Shown here one piece after another: positions 1-8,848 of a stretch of DNA of 32,000 nucleotides. The stretch is from Nanobdella aerobiophila (GTDB taxonomy: Archaea; Nanobdellota; Nanobdellia; Nanobdellales; Nanobdellaceae): the NCBI RefSeq assembly GCF_023169545.1, contig NZ_AP019769.1, forward strand, positions 420,001 through 452,000, written 5' to 3'. How positions within the stretch are numbered: the stretch's first letter is position 1; each line of letters opens with the position of its first letter. The position numbers and the translations under genes are program-made. Under the pieces are notes generated by a model. That model was not told where the DNA came from. It ran no database searches and saw only the letters and a list, made by a program, of their open reading frames with translations.

Positions 1-294
1 TCTATCTGTACCTTTCTCATCTTCTGTAACTAATACTCCTATTGGTCTTGCGGATATTATAGAGCCTGGGAATAAGATATCATATGATATCACTAATACA
101 TCCAATGGATCTCCATCTTCTTCTAGTGTTTCTGGTATAAATCCATAATTAAATGGATAAAACATTGCCGTATATAGTATCCTATCTACCCTCATTACTT
201 TCTCTTCTTCATCAAATTCGTATTTTACATTACTTCCCTTTGGAATTTCTATAAAAACATTTATATCCTCTGGTGGATTCTTTCCAGCTTTCAT
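1..294 (-). CDS. ppa: Inorganic pyrophosphatase, family I; N-terminal 98 codons only, the gene runs off the left window edge
   Basis: My own reverse-strand translation from the ATG at 294..292 gives [88 protein letters not shown]... The blocks IEIPKGS..KYE, DR.LY....YP.NYGFIP.T and DGDPLDVLV are the family I PPase signature. It is absent from the ORF track because it is truncated. Confidence 0.85.
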   Translation of the reverse strand, partial: MKAGKNPPEDINVFIEIPKGSNVKYEFDEEEKVMRVDRILYTAMFYPFNYGFIPETLEEDGDPLDVLVISYDILFPGSIISARPIGVLVTEDEKGTDR

Positions 295-593
295 ATTTTA
301 AAGTTTTTTATTATTTTTATAAATTTAATATTAGAAAATAAAAATATTTTAATATTATATTTGTACTATATAAAAACCTAAATTCAACTAATTTATAACA
401 TAATATAATATAATTTTAATATTGATTACAATATTTAACTTTATTTATTACTATAGAATCATTAAATAATTAAATATTCCTATATTTTTAGAAAATAATA
501 CTCATATCTTTTCTAGAATATTTTATAACTCTTCCAATTTAGCTATATAATTATTTCTATTTATTATAGTATGTATAAAGCTAATATATGAAG

Positions 594-647
594 ATGAATA
601 AATTATATATTCATATCTATAATTATGAACTAGATAATCTAGTTCAT
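594..647. repeat. Two adjacent inverted repeats sharing the half-site ATGAA/TTCAT
   Basis: 594..614 is atgaata-aattata-tattcat (7-bp arms). 625..647 is atgaactag-ataat-ctagttcat (9-bp perfect arms). Both lie in the 588-bp ppa/rps17e spacer. Confidence 0.5.
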
Positions 648-882
648 CCATTTTTTATAATTTTAATATCTTCTTTTATAATTTCTATAACTTTTTTAAC
701 ATTGAAATAACCTTCAATATCTTTTGATAGAATTACCTTCTAGACTCTTGATTTTTTCATTTAAATCTTATCGTTATTAATTAAAAAATATATTTAAAAT
801 ATTACCTTATAGTAGTCATATAATTGTTAGATTAATATATAAAATAACTATTTTTATAAACATATTTATCAAAAGATAGGTA

Positions 883-1080
883 ATGGGTAGAATATTACAT
901 AGTAAATTTAGAAGATATGCTGATAAGATACTAGACAAATATCAAGATATATTTACTAACGATTATAAAAAAAATGTGAAGATACTAAATTTAGTATCTA
1001 GAGTACCATCAAAAAGATTGAGGAATAAAGTAGCTGGATATATAACAAAGCAAATGAAATATAGATCACCAGTATCATGA
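883..1080 (+). CDS. rps17e: 30S ribosomal protein S17e (eS17)
   Basis: The 65-aa ORF has a basic N-terminus followed by ADKILDKYQDIFTNDYKKNVKIL and SKRLRNKVAGYITKQMK, matching the eS17 pattern (..KY.D.FT.DF..NK...SK.LRN.IAGYIT). Its TGA stop overlaps the next ATG (ATGATG). Confidence 0.85.
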   Translation: MGRILHSKFRRYADKILDKYQDIFTNDYKKNVKILNLVSRVPSKRLRNKVAGYITKQMKYRSPVS

Positions 1081-1364
1081 TGGCAGATCAAATCGTAATA
1101 TACATAGGAAATAAACCATTTATGAACTATGTAACAGCAGTAGTAATGCAATTTACAAGCCAAGATGCAAAAGAAGTTTTAATAAAGGCAAGAGGAAGAT
1201 TTATAGCAAGAGCAGTAGATGTAGCAGAAGTAGTAAGAAAGAAGTTCCTATCCGATCAGGTAGATATATCAAAAATAAAAATAGACTCTGAAGAGAGACA
1301 AGTAGATCAGGGAGGAAAGAAAAGAAGAGTATCTACAATAGAAATATTATTAGCAAAGAAGTAA
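1077..1364 (+). CDS. albA: Alba (Sso10b) DNA/RNA-binding chromatin protein
   Basis: The 95-aa ORF carries the conserved Alba blocks IYIGNKPFMNYVTAVVMQF, VLIKARGRFIARAVDVAEVVRKKF and VSTIEILLAK. Confidence 0.9.
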   Translation: MMADQIVIYIGNKPFMNYVTAVVMQFTSQDAKEVLIKARGRFIARAVDVAEVVRKKFLSDQVDISKIKIDSEERQVDQGGKKRRVSTIEILLAKK

Positions 1365-1451
1365 TATTTTTCAGATTTTATTTTTTGAAATATTATTATT
1401 TTATAAAAGATTATATATTTTTAAACTGTTTATTAAAAATTAAATAATTAT

Positions 1452-1526
1452 AGCGGAGTAGGGCAGCTAGGAGTGCCCGGGGGGCTCATAACCCCCAGGT
1501 CGGAGGTTCAAATCCTCCCTCCGCTA
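1452..1526 (+). tRNA. tRNA-Met(CAT), initiator type; no encoded CCA
   Basis: Hand-folded cloverleaf of 75 nt. The acceptor stem is AGCGGAG/CTCCGCT with an A1:U72 pair. The D stem is GGGC/GCCC. The anticodon stem is GGGGG/CCCCC with loop CT-CAT-AA, so three G:C pairs close the loop. The T arm is GGAGG-TTCAAAT-CCTCC and the discriminator is A. A1:U72 plus the GGG:CCC anticodon stem are hallmarks of archaeal and eukaryal initiators. The sequence is about 64% G+C against AT-rich flanks. Confidence 0.85.
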
Positions 1527-1530
1527 AATT

Positions 1531-2871
1531 TTATTGAGGTTTTTGCGATAGATATAAATTAAATATATGTTCTAAAGCCTTTTTATTATCATCGAAATCA
1601 TCTTTTTTATATGATTTAGTGCTTTTTATTATATCTTCTAGATTATATAGTTTTGTATTTTTAAAGATAATTGATTTATAATCAAAATAATTATTTTCTC
1701 CTATAATATCTTTGTATATGTCATCTATAAATTTATTATCATTTGTATCGCTAGAACATATAACTTCTGACTCTTCTTTTTTACAATATTTAAATATTTT
1801 TATCTTTTTTATACTATCTATTAAATCTTTAGTATTTTCTAATAATAAAGATTCTAAAGTTTTGCTATTTGTAGGTACTTCTAATCCTGAAGCTATATCT
1901 ATATAATTTATATCATTTCCACCTCTAGTAATCTGATATAATGCAATATCAGATATCGAATATTTATTATCTACTACAGATTTTATTATCAATTCTATCG
2001 AAGAAGTTAGTTTATATAAAAATTCATCATATGGTAATTTTACATAAAAATTATTTAAATTATCTCTATCAAATTCAAATTTATAATCTAATCCAAGTAT
2101 ATATGAAGGTATTGTTGGATTTTTAACTATATCTGATATTATTAATGCTGAAAGATTATTTTTTGCAGTTAATATTGGCATTATATACATATCATACGTT
2201 CCTTCTTGGTAATATAATATATAGGGATTTTCTTGATAATATGGTTTGCTAATGTACCTTAATTCTTTTATATTTTTGTTATTGATAATTAAAGGCATTC
2301 CCAATAATAAAGGTACATAATATATTCCATATATATTCTTTTTTAATGCCCTGTATTTACTTTTTATATCTTTCTCTACGTCTATAGTATGGTCAGCTAA
2401 GAATTTAGAGTTATATGGTCTAATCTCGCTTAACTTTATTTTTTCCCCTTTTTTATTATATAATATTAAAGATTCTGGTAGCTTTCTTCTAAACTTCTCA
2501 ATATTAATATCCTTTCTTTTGTTACCTATTAAAGTTTCATATAATATTTCATCATCTTTTATTCTTATTGAAACCCTAAATTTATCAAAAGTACTACTCA
2601 CTAATTTTTGATAAAATTCCCCATAATTATTATAAAAATTTTTACCTATTATACCTCTATTTTTTAAACTTTTTAAATATTCTATATTCGGCAAGTATTC
2701 AGAGTAAATCTTTGGAAATATATCTTTTTTATCAGTGTATTCAGAACCATTATTTCCTATAAAAAAATATGAACAACTATTATATTCTTTATTTATTATC
2801 CTTCGAATATAATTTATGTATTCATTAAATGACTTTAGATTACATATTTCATCTATTATATTATTATCCAT
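1531..2871 (-). CDS. Hypothetical protein, paralogue A of a tandem pair (family unknown)
   Basis: A 446-aa uninterrupted ORF in a genome where stop codons are very frequent by chance. It shares ordered motif blocks with the ORF at 3467..4744: YISKPYYQENP, YILGL.YKFE.D, KLPES.IL, YQIT..G....IDIA.G and C-x8-C. It has no signal peptide or TM helix. Confidence 0.7.
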   Translation of the reverse strand: MDNNIIDEICNLKSFNEYINYIRRIINKEYNSCSYFFIGNNGSEYTDKKDIFPKIYSEYLPNIEYLKSLKNRGIIGKNFYNNYGEFYQKLVSSTFDKFRVSIRIKDDEILYETLIGNKRKDINIEKFRRKLPESLILYNKKGEKIKLSEIRPYNSKFLADHTIDVEKDIKSKYRALKKNIYGIYYVPLLLGMPLIINNKNIKELRYISKPYYQENPYILYYQEGTYDMYIMPILTAKNNLSALIISDIVKNPTIPSYILGLDYKFEFDRDNLNNFYVKLPYDEFLYKLTSSIELIIKSVVDNKYSISDIALYQITRGGNDINYIDIASGLEVPTNSKTLESLLLENTKDLIDSIKKIKIFKYCKKEESEVICSSDTNDNKFIDDIYKDIIGENNYFDYKSIIFKNTKLYNLEDIIKSTKSYKKDDFDDNKKALEHIFNLYLSQKPQ

Positions 2872-3466
2872 TTAGAAATTTCAATAAAAATATTTATATA
2901 TATTATTAATATATTACTTATAAAAGAGGAACAAAAATTTTAAGATTTGTATAATTTTAATTAATTTTTTATGTGATTTATATATAAAATATTTATAATA
3001 AATCTAGCATTTTATCATTGAGTTAATTATTTTTCTTATAATTTTCTATATATTATTTTTTTAATTATATAAAATCTATGAGTTATTAACTGGAAATTTT
3101 TGTTTTATTCTTATAAAGGAAATAGGTATATATATCTTCTAGATTAATTTCTTTAATTTTTATATTTAACACACTATTATTTAAGCTATAATTATAAAAT
3201 AAATTTAACTAGATCTTTTAAATCTCTTAAAACATAAATAGCAAATTTTCTTTTTACAACCATAGATCAGAATAAAGGAATATGATATATCAGAGTCAAA
3301 GACATAGGACTGGATTTGGAATACAGTATAAAGATATGGTTTTATAAAAGGAAAATATAGTTTTTTCAGTAGAGACTACCGACATTGCAGGCTTAGTATT
3401 TTTTCTCTTCTGCTTGCTTTAATAATTTAGTAATAATACATTAAAATATAATAGAAAACTTTTGGA

Positions 3467-4744
3467 TTAAAATTGTTTATATTCTTTAGCATATAGTTTA
3501 TGAATTTTTAATATATTACTTGTTATTTTTTCAAATTCATCTTCATCTAAAGAATCTACCATATCCATATAACCTTTTATATCAATTCCATTCTTAATTT
3601 TTTCTCCTAAATTATATGGTGTTTTTGTGTTGAATATATTATCTTTACAAACGATATAATTGTCTTTTATTTCACATCTTTTTAATATTTCAAATTTATC
3701 TGCATCTAATAATTCATTATATGCATTTTCTACTAAAGCTTTCAATCCTCCTTGATTAATTGCAACTCCAAATCCAGGAGCTATATCAATAAAAATTGGT
3801 TCCCTCCCATTAAAAGTTATTTGATATGGTCCTACATCTGATGGCACAAATTTCATATTAATAATAGATTTTAATGTTTTATCTATAAACTCGGTAGCTT
3901 TCCCTATAATATTGTCAATTTTTTCTTCTATCTTTATTTTATTTATAGCCTCTTTATCCAATTCAAATTTATATGATAATCCCAAAATATAAGGTTCAAA
4001 TGTAGGATGTCTTACTATACTCAGTAAAGTTAGATGACTTAAATAATTTTCTGATATACTTATTGGTTTTTTAACTATCTCATAAGGACCACCACAACCA
4101 TAAAATGGGGTTGAAGCAAAGGGGTTCTCCTGATAATATGGCTTACTAATATAAAGTATTTTTGGAAAATATTGTTCAAATGATAGAAGTAGATGAACGG
4201 CAAATATTGTAGGAATATATATAGGGCCAGTATGATTTTTTTCTATTTTTTTAATATTTTTTTCTAAATAGATATTAGGGAGTTCTACATAATATCTAAG
4301 TTCTGATAATTTCTTTTCCCTTTCATCCTGTGTATTTCCATCTTGTGCTGAAGTTTTTGTTAAAATCGTAGACTCTGGTAATTTAGTTCTATTTTGTAGT
4401 GAAGAAAGATAAATATCGTTTCTTCCCTTAAGAATATCCTTTTCATATATAATTTCTTTTTCTGTTTTTGTATGAAAAACCATCAATATTTTTTCAGGAT
4501 GTTTTTCTAATACTTCAGTAAGATCTCCTGAAAATCTTATCTCTTCAATGAAATTTTTATAAAAAGGTAAATATTGTAGTGGCAATATTGATGATTTTGA
4601 TATTGTAGTAGAATATTCTCGACCTACAGCAAGATAAGAAGCCGATCTAAAATCACCGTTTACATATTCTCTAATAAATCGTATATAATTATCATAATTA
4701 CTAGATTCTTCTAATTTTTTATCTAAATTATCTAAAGCGACCAT
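3467..4744 (-). CDS. Hypothetical protein, paralogue B of a tandem pair (family unknown)
   Basis: A 425-aa ORF carrying the same ordered motif blocks as 1531..2871: NYIRFI..SASYLAVG, KLPESTIL, LYISKPYYQENPF, EPYILGLSYKFELD, YQITFNGREPIFIDIAPGFG and RCEIKDNYIVC. Confidence 0.7.
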   Translation of the reverse strand: MVALDNLDKKLEESSNYDNYIRFIREYVNGDFRSASYLAVGREYSTTISKSSILPLQYLPFYKNFIEEIRFSGDLTEVLEKHPEKILMVFHTKTEKEIIYEKDILKGRNDIYLSSLQNRTKLPESTILTKTSAQDGNTQDEREKKLSELRYYVELPNIYLEKNIKKIEKNHTGPIYIPTIFAVHLLLSFEQYFPKILYISKPYYQENPFASTPFYGCGGPYEIVKKPISISENYLSHLTLLSIVRHPTFEPYILGLSYKFELDKEAINKIKIEEKIDNIIGKATEFIDKTLKSIINMKFVPSDVGPYQITFNGREPIFIDIAPGFGVAINQGGLKALVENAYNELLDADKFEILKRCEIKDNYIVCKDNIFNTKTPYNLGEKIKNGIDIKGYMDMVDSLDEDEFEKITSNILKIHKLYAKEYKQF

Positions 4745-4840
4745 ATTTTGATTTATTTATATAAATTTTTTATAAATGTAACTATTTAAGAGTAATATTA
4801 TATATTTTACTTTTTAAGTATTTAATCAACATTCCTTATT

Positions 4841-6043
4841 ATGTTAATAGGTCTAACTGGAAAACCAAATGTAGGGAAATCAACAATGTTTAAAGCAATA
4901 ACATTACAAGATGTTGCAATAGCAAACTATCCATTTACGACAATCGATCCCAATAAAGGTTATGGTTTTGTTAAAGTAGAAGATGTAGGTCCTGAATTTA
5001 ATGTTAAGTCAAATCCGAGAAATGGATTTATAAAAGATAAGTACAGATTCGTTCCAATAGAAATTATAGATATAGCAGGTTTGGTGCCTGGAGCACATGA
5101 AGGTAAGGGGTTGGGTAATAAATTTTTAGATGATGTTAGACAAGCAGATTTATTAATACATGTCGTAGATATTTCTGGAAGTACAAATGCAGAAGGTCAA
5201 TACCTAGGTCCTGGTAATTATGATCCTTCAAATGATATAATATGGTATGAAGAAGAGATAAATTGGTGGTTTTTTAACATTATAAAAAAGAATTTGGAAA
5301 AAAATATAAGAAAAATAAAAAATGAACACTTAGAATTAGATAAAGAATTAGCAAAGTTAATATCAGGATTAAATATAAAAGAATACCATATATCAAAATC
5401 TTTTAAAGATTTAAATATAAATAACGATGATTATGATATATTAGATGATGATAACAAACTATTCCAGCTTGCTTCTACTATAAGAAAAAATTCTAAACCA
5501 ATTATTATCGCTGCAAATAGGATAGATATTAATATAGATATTGCTAAAAATAATTTGAAAAAATTAAAAGAAAAGTTTCCAGATAAGATTATTATACCAA
5601 CTTCAGGTTATGCAGAATTAATATTAAAAGAATTAGACAAAAAAGGTAAAATATATTATATACCGGGAGATAATCATTTTAAAATAATAGGAGATTTAAA
5701 TGATAAGGAAAAAAAGGCTATAGAATTTATTAAGGAGAAGATATTATTAGAATTTAATAGTACCGGAGTTCAAGATATCCTGAACTATTCTGTATTTGAT
5801 TTATTAAAGTATGTTGCTATATTTCCAGGTGGTATAGATTCATTAGCAGATAAAGAAGGTAGAATATTGCCAGATTGTTTTTTAATGCCTCCAGGAAGTA
5901 CAGTGCTAGATTTTGCAAATAGAATTCATTCAGATTTAGCAAAAAACTTTATAAAAGCAATAGATGTAAGAACAAAAAAAATGCTAGGTAAAGATTATAT
6001 ATTAAAGAATAGAGATATAATACAAATCATAGCTAATGCATAA
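4841..6043 (+). CDS. Obg-family P-loop GTPase/ATPase, YchF/OLA1-like, with C-terminal TGS domain
   Basis: G1 is GLTGKPNVGKST, followed by YPFTTIDPN (G2 region), DIAGLVPGAHEGKGLGNKFLDDVRQADLLIHVVD (G3 plus the YchF-type GLGN.FL block) and a C-terminal TGS-like segment GSTVLDFANRIHSDLAKNFIKAIDVRTKKMLGKDYILKNRDIIQI. Confidence 0.85.
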   Translation: MLIGLTGKPNVGKSTMFKAITLQDVAIANYPFTTIDPNKGYGFVKVEDVGPEFNVKSNPRNGFIKDKYRFVPIEIIDIAGLVPGAHEGKGLGNKFLDDVRQADLLIHVVDISGSTNAEGQYLGPGNYDPSNDIIWYEEEINWWFFNIIKKNLEKNIRKIKNEHLELDKELAKLISGLNIKEYHISKSFKDLNINNDDYDILDDDNKLFQLASTIRKNSKPIIIAANRIDINIDIAKNNLKKLKEKFPDKIIIPTSGYAELILKELDKKGKIYYIPGDNHFKIIGDLNDKEKKAIEFIKEKILLEFNSTGVQDILNYSVFDLLKYVAIFPGGIDSLADKEGRILPDCFLMPPGSTVLDFANRIHSDLAKNFIKAIDVRTKKMLGKDYILKNRDIIQIIANA

Positions 6044-6075
6044 ACCTTTATAAAGTTGCGATAATATTATATAGA

Positions 6076-6273
6076 ATGATTATACCAGTTAGATGCTTTA
6101 CATGTGGCAGACCAATTGGACATTTATGGGAGAAATATAATGAATTGATAAACAGTGGGAAATCTGAAAAAGAAGCTTTAGATTATTTGGGCTTAGAAAG
6201 ATTTTGTTGTAGGCAAGTATTCTTAGGACATGTAGATCAGATACAATTAATAGCAAAGTTAAAGAAATTATAA
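6076..6273 (+). CDS. rpoN: DNA-directed RNA polymerase subunit N (Rpo10/RPB10)
   Basis: The 65-aa ORF reads MIIPVRCFTCGRPIG..W..Y...........AL..LGL.R.CCR. This is the textbook RpoN/RPB10 zinc-bundle sequence, with C-x2-C near the N-terminus and CC near residue 45. Confidence 0.92.
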   Translation: MIIPVRCFTCGRPIGHLWEKYNELINSGKSEKEALDYLGLERFCCRQVFLGHVDQIQLIAKLKKL

Positions 6274-6277
6274 ATAT

Positions 6278-7546
6278 ATGCTTTTTTTAAAATTATTTGG
6301 TTATATATTACCAATAATAATATCTATATTTGTAATATACATACTAGTAGGCATATACAGATATAATAAAAATTATATTAATTTAGATTCTCATAATTTT
6401 GATAAAAATAAAATCTTTATTTTAGTTCCTTTATATAATGAAAAATTAGAGAACTTTAAATTACAAATAAATTTGTATAAAAAATATAATATTTTATATA
6501 TATTAAATGGATCATTAGAACCTTATAAGAGTATTTTAGAAGAAAATAATATAAGATACATTTATATAGATGAAAAGAATAAAAAGAAAGCAGTATGGAC
6601 GGGTTTAGATTATATAAAGAAATTTAACCCAGAATATATATTATTATTAGATAGTGATACAATAATAACAGATAAAGACATAATAGAAGGTTTAAATTAT
6701 ATAGAAAAATTTAATATTTCTGCTCTATCCTTTAATATATTATATTATGGAAATAATATATATAACGATTTAATCAGTTTAATAAATCAAACATTTATAT
6801 ATATAAACAAAGGCTTTACAGGTAATAATAGATGTCATTTCTTATATGGTCAGTGTATTCTAGGAAAATTTGGTGATATATATGACGCATATAAATTAAT
6901 TTCTGAAAAATATATTAATAAAAAATTAGGAGATGACAGATTGTTAGCTTCTATATTGATAAATAATAATAAAAAAATATTTTATTTAGATAATAATTAT
7001 ATAATTACCGAAGGAATAAATTCTTTTAATGAATTAATAAAGAAATTTACTAGATATATGAGATCTTTAATTATTATATCAATAATTGATATTAAAGAAA
7101 GGTATATATTTAAAAAATCCATTTTTTATTATTTGTATTTATTTATATCTTTCTTACCATTAGTATTATATATTTATAACTTCTATACGATTTTAGGATT
7201 TATCTTATCATCAAAACATCTTTCCATATATATTGTAAAAGGATTATTTTATAAGATATTATATATTAATATTGTCTCTGATATAAGATTTTTATATAAT
7301 TTAATATTTTATAAAAATTGGATAAGTCATTTATTTAATTATCCGCATATATTTGTCCATTTGTTATATATCTTATTTAAATATTTTGTAATATCTTTCT
7401 ATATGATATCAATATATGCTATATATATAAAATATATCCATAAAAAGAGCCCTATATTATTATATATGCTTTTTTCTTTTATTTATCCTTTTATTTTGTT
7501 TTATTCTTTATTTACTTTTTTTAAGGATGATTGGTTGACAAGATAA
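6278..7546 (+). CDS. Membrane-embedded family 2 glycosyltransferase (processive-synthase-like architecture)
   Basis: An N-terminal TM helix is followed by LVPLYNE (start of the GT-A fold) and LLLDSDT (DxD). FTRYMRS sits where the Q/RxxRW motif of processive GT2 synthases would be. A long, very hydrophobic C-terminal region with several predicted TM helices follows. Confidence 0.7.
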   Translation: MLFLKLFGYILPIIISIFVIYILVGIYRYNKNYINLDSHNFDKNKIFILVPLYNEKLENFKLQINLYKKYNILYILNGSLEPYKSILEENNIRYIYIDEKNKKKAVWTGLDYIKKFNPEYILLLDSDTIITDKDIIEGLNYIEKFNISALSFNILYYGNNIYNDLISLINQTFIYINKGFTGNNRCHFLYGQCILGKFGDIYDAYKLISEKYINKKLGDDRLLASILINNNKKIFYLDNNYIITEGINSFNELIKKFTRYMRSLIIISIIDIKERYIFKKSIFYYLYLFISFLPLVLYIYNFYTILGFILSSKHLSIYIVKGLFYKILYINIVSDIRFLYNLIFYKNWISHLFNYPHIFVHLLYILFKYFVISFYMISIYAIYIKYIHKKSPILLYMLFSFIYPFILFYSLFTFFKDDWLTR

Positions 7547-7938
7547 AATACATTTCTTATACTTAATAAAAAAATTGTTATACCGAAAAATAATATTATA
7601 GGATTTGGAAAAGTACCATAATTAGATGCTATATTTCTTACTGCTATATCTAATATATTGTTATCGTACAAAGTGAATGCAGAAAACAATATAAGTATAG
7701 AGATCATAAAAGATATTAAGTATCCATAATTATTATTCTTATATATTAAGTATATAGATATTATTGATATAAAAAGTATTATAAATAAAAATATTTCAAC
7801 AGATATAACAATATTATAATTAAATATTGGTTTGTATACTATATATGCCACTAAATCTAAAAATGTTTCTAGAGAAAACAAAGACATAAGTATTAATAAA
7901 ATTTCTTTCCTTATATTTATACCTTCTACTTTATCCAT
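7501..7938 (-). CDS. Small polytopic membrane protein, unknown function
   Basis: The 145-aa ORF has about 4 hydrophobic helices. Its stop region overlaps the convergent GT2 gene by 46 nt, and its start overlaps the upstream tRNA-thiolase gene end by 8 nt. Confidence 0.5.
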   Translation of the reverse strand: MDKVEGINIRKEILLILMSLFSLETFLDLVAYIVYKPIFNYNIVISVEIFLFIILFISIISIYLIYKNNNYGYLISFMISILILFSAFTLYDNNILDIAVRNIASNYGTFPNPIILFFGITIFLLSIRNVFYLVNQSSLKKVNKE

Positions 7939-8848
7939 TTTTCAGTTCTAATCTTATTTCGCATGCCCTGCATATCTCTCTCGTTGTTGGATAACCGCAT
8001 ATCTTGCATTTATTTAATTTTATATTATTCATATTTTTAAAATCTACTTTTGCATTATTAATAATTTCTAGTATATTTTTTAATAGTTCTTCATGAAATC
8101 CCTCATATATATTTTCAATATTATATAGTTTTGATCTTATATATTCTCTAAATTCGCCATTTATGAATGAACATTCGCCGTAGATGGGCGCCAGGTTATT
8201 TATTATAGAATATATATAATTTTCTTTTTCAGAATTAAAATAAAAAGGTTTTATTCTTGGTATGAAATCTGTTTCAATTATACCAGTATACGGTCCAGTT
8301 TTTAGAAGATCTTTTATATTATCTTCAAATATATTCATGATTATTGTTTGTAATTCATCATTTAAATTATGCGCAGTAGCAAATTTGTTTATATCTAGAT
8401 CTTTTGATGCTTTCCACATTAACCACCTTCTCCAGACTCCGCAGATTGTACAAGACTTCATATCTCTAGATATCTTTAATGCATCTTCTAATCTTGTATT
8501 AAAATAATCTTCAAATTTGTATATTTTTATTTCTATATTATATAACCTTGCAATTTCTAGTAATTTTAAAGTATCTTTATCCCTATACCCTTTTATACCT
8601 TCATCTATATGTACCCCATATACCTTTATATTAAAATATTCTGTGTATTTATTTAGGAAATATAATAGAGCATTCGAGTCTTTCCCCCCGGAAACTCCAA
8701 CACCAATAATATCTCCTTCTTTTATTAAACTATATTTTTCTATTGTTTTTATTGTTTTCTCTTCAAAGTATTTTATAAAATGATCTTTACAATAATATAG
8801 ATCCTTATATCTATATATTGCATTATTATTACAAAAAGAACATTTCAT
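7931..8848 (-). CDS. tRNA 2-thiouridine synthetase, PP-loop ATPase of the TtuA/Ncs6(CTU1) type
   Basis: The PP-loop is GVGVSGGKDSNALLYFL. An N-terminal C-x2-C...C-x2-H pair and a C-terminal CKICG...CRAC zinc-finger pair are present, together with the central CTICGVWRR block, HNLNDELQT and RIKPF. This is the typical TtuA/Ncs6 architecture. Confidence 0.8.
   Translation of the reverse strand: MKCSFCNNNAIYRYKDLYYCKDHFIKYFEEKTIKTIEKYSLIKEGDIIGVGVSGGKDSNALLYFLNKYTEYFNIKVYGVHIDEGIKGYRDKDTLKLLEIARLYNIEIKIYKFEDYFNTRLEDALKISRDMKSCTICGVWRRWLMWKASKDLDINKFATAHNLNDELQTIIMNIFEDNIKDLLKTGPYTGIIETDFIPRIKPFYFNSEKENYIYSIINNLAPIYGECSFINGEFREYIRSKLYNIENIYEGFHEELLKNILEIINNAKVDFKNMNNIKLNKCKICGYPTTREICRACEIRLELKNG

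Noticed and set aside
963-1163. 66-aa minus-strand ORF overlapping rps17e and albA
   Set aside because: It lies antisense to two well-supported genes, has a low-complexity hydrophobic/Cys/Tyr composition and no motif. It is a typical shadow ORF.
1712-2126. Two plus-strand ORFs (1712..1906, 1941..2126) inside paralogue A
   Set aside because: They lie antisense to a 446-aa ORF that has a conserved paralogue. Their composition looks like antisense translation of AT-rich coding DNA.
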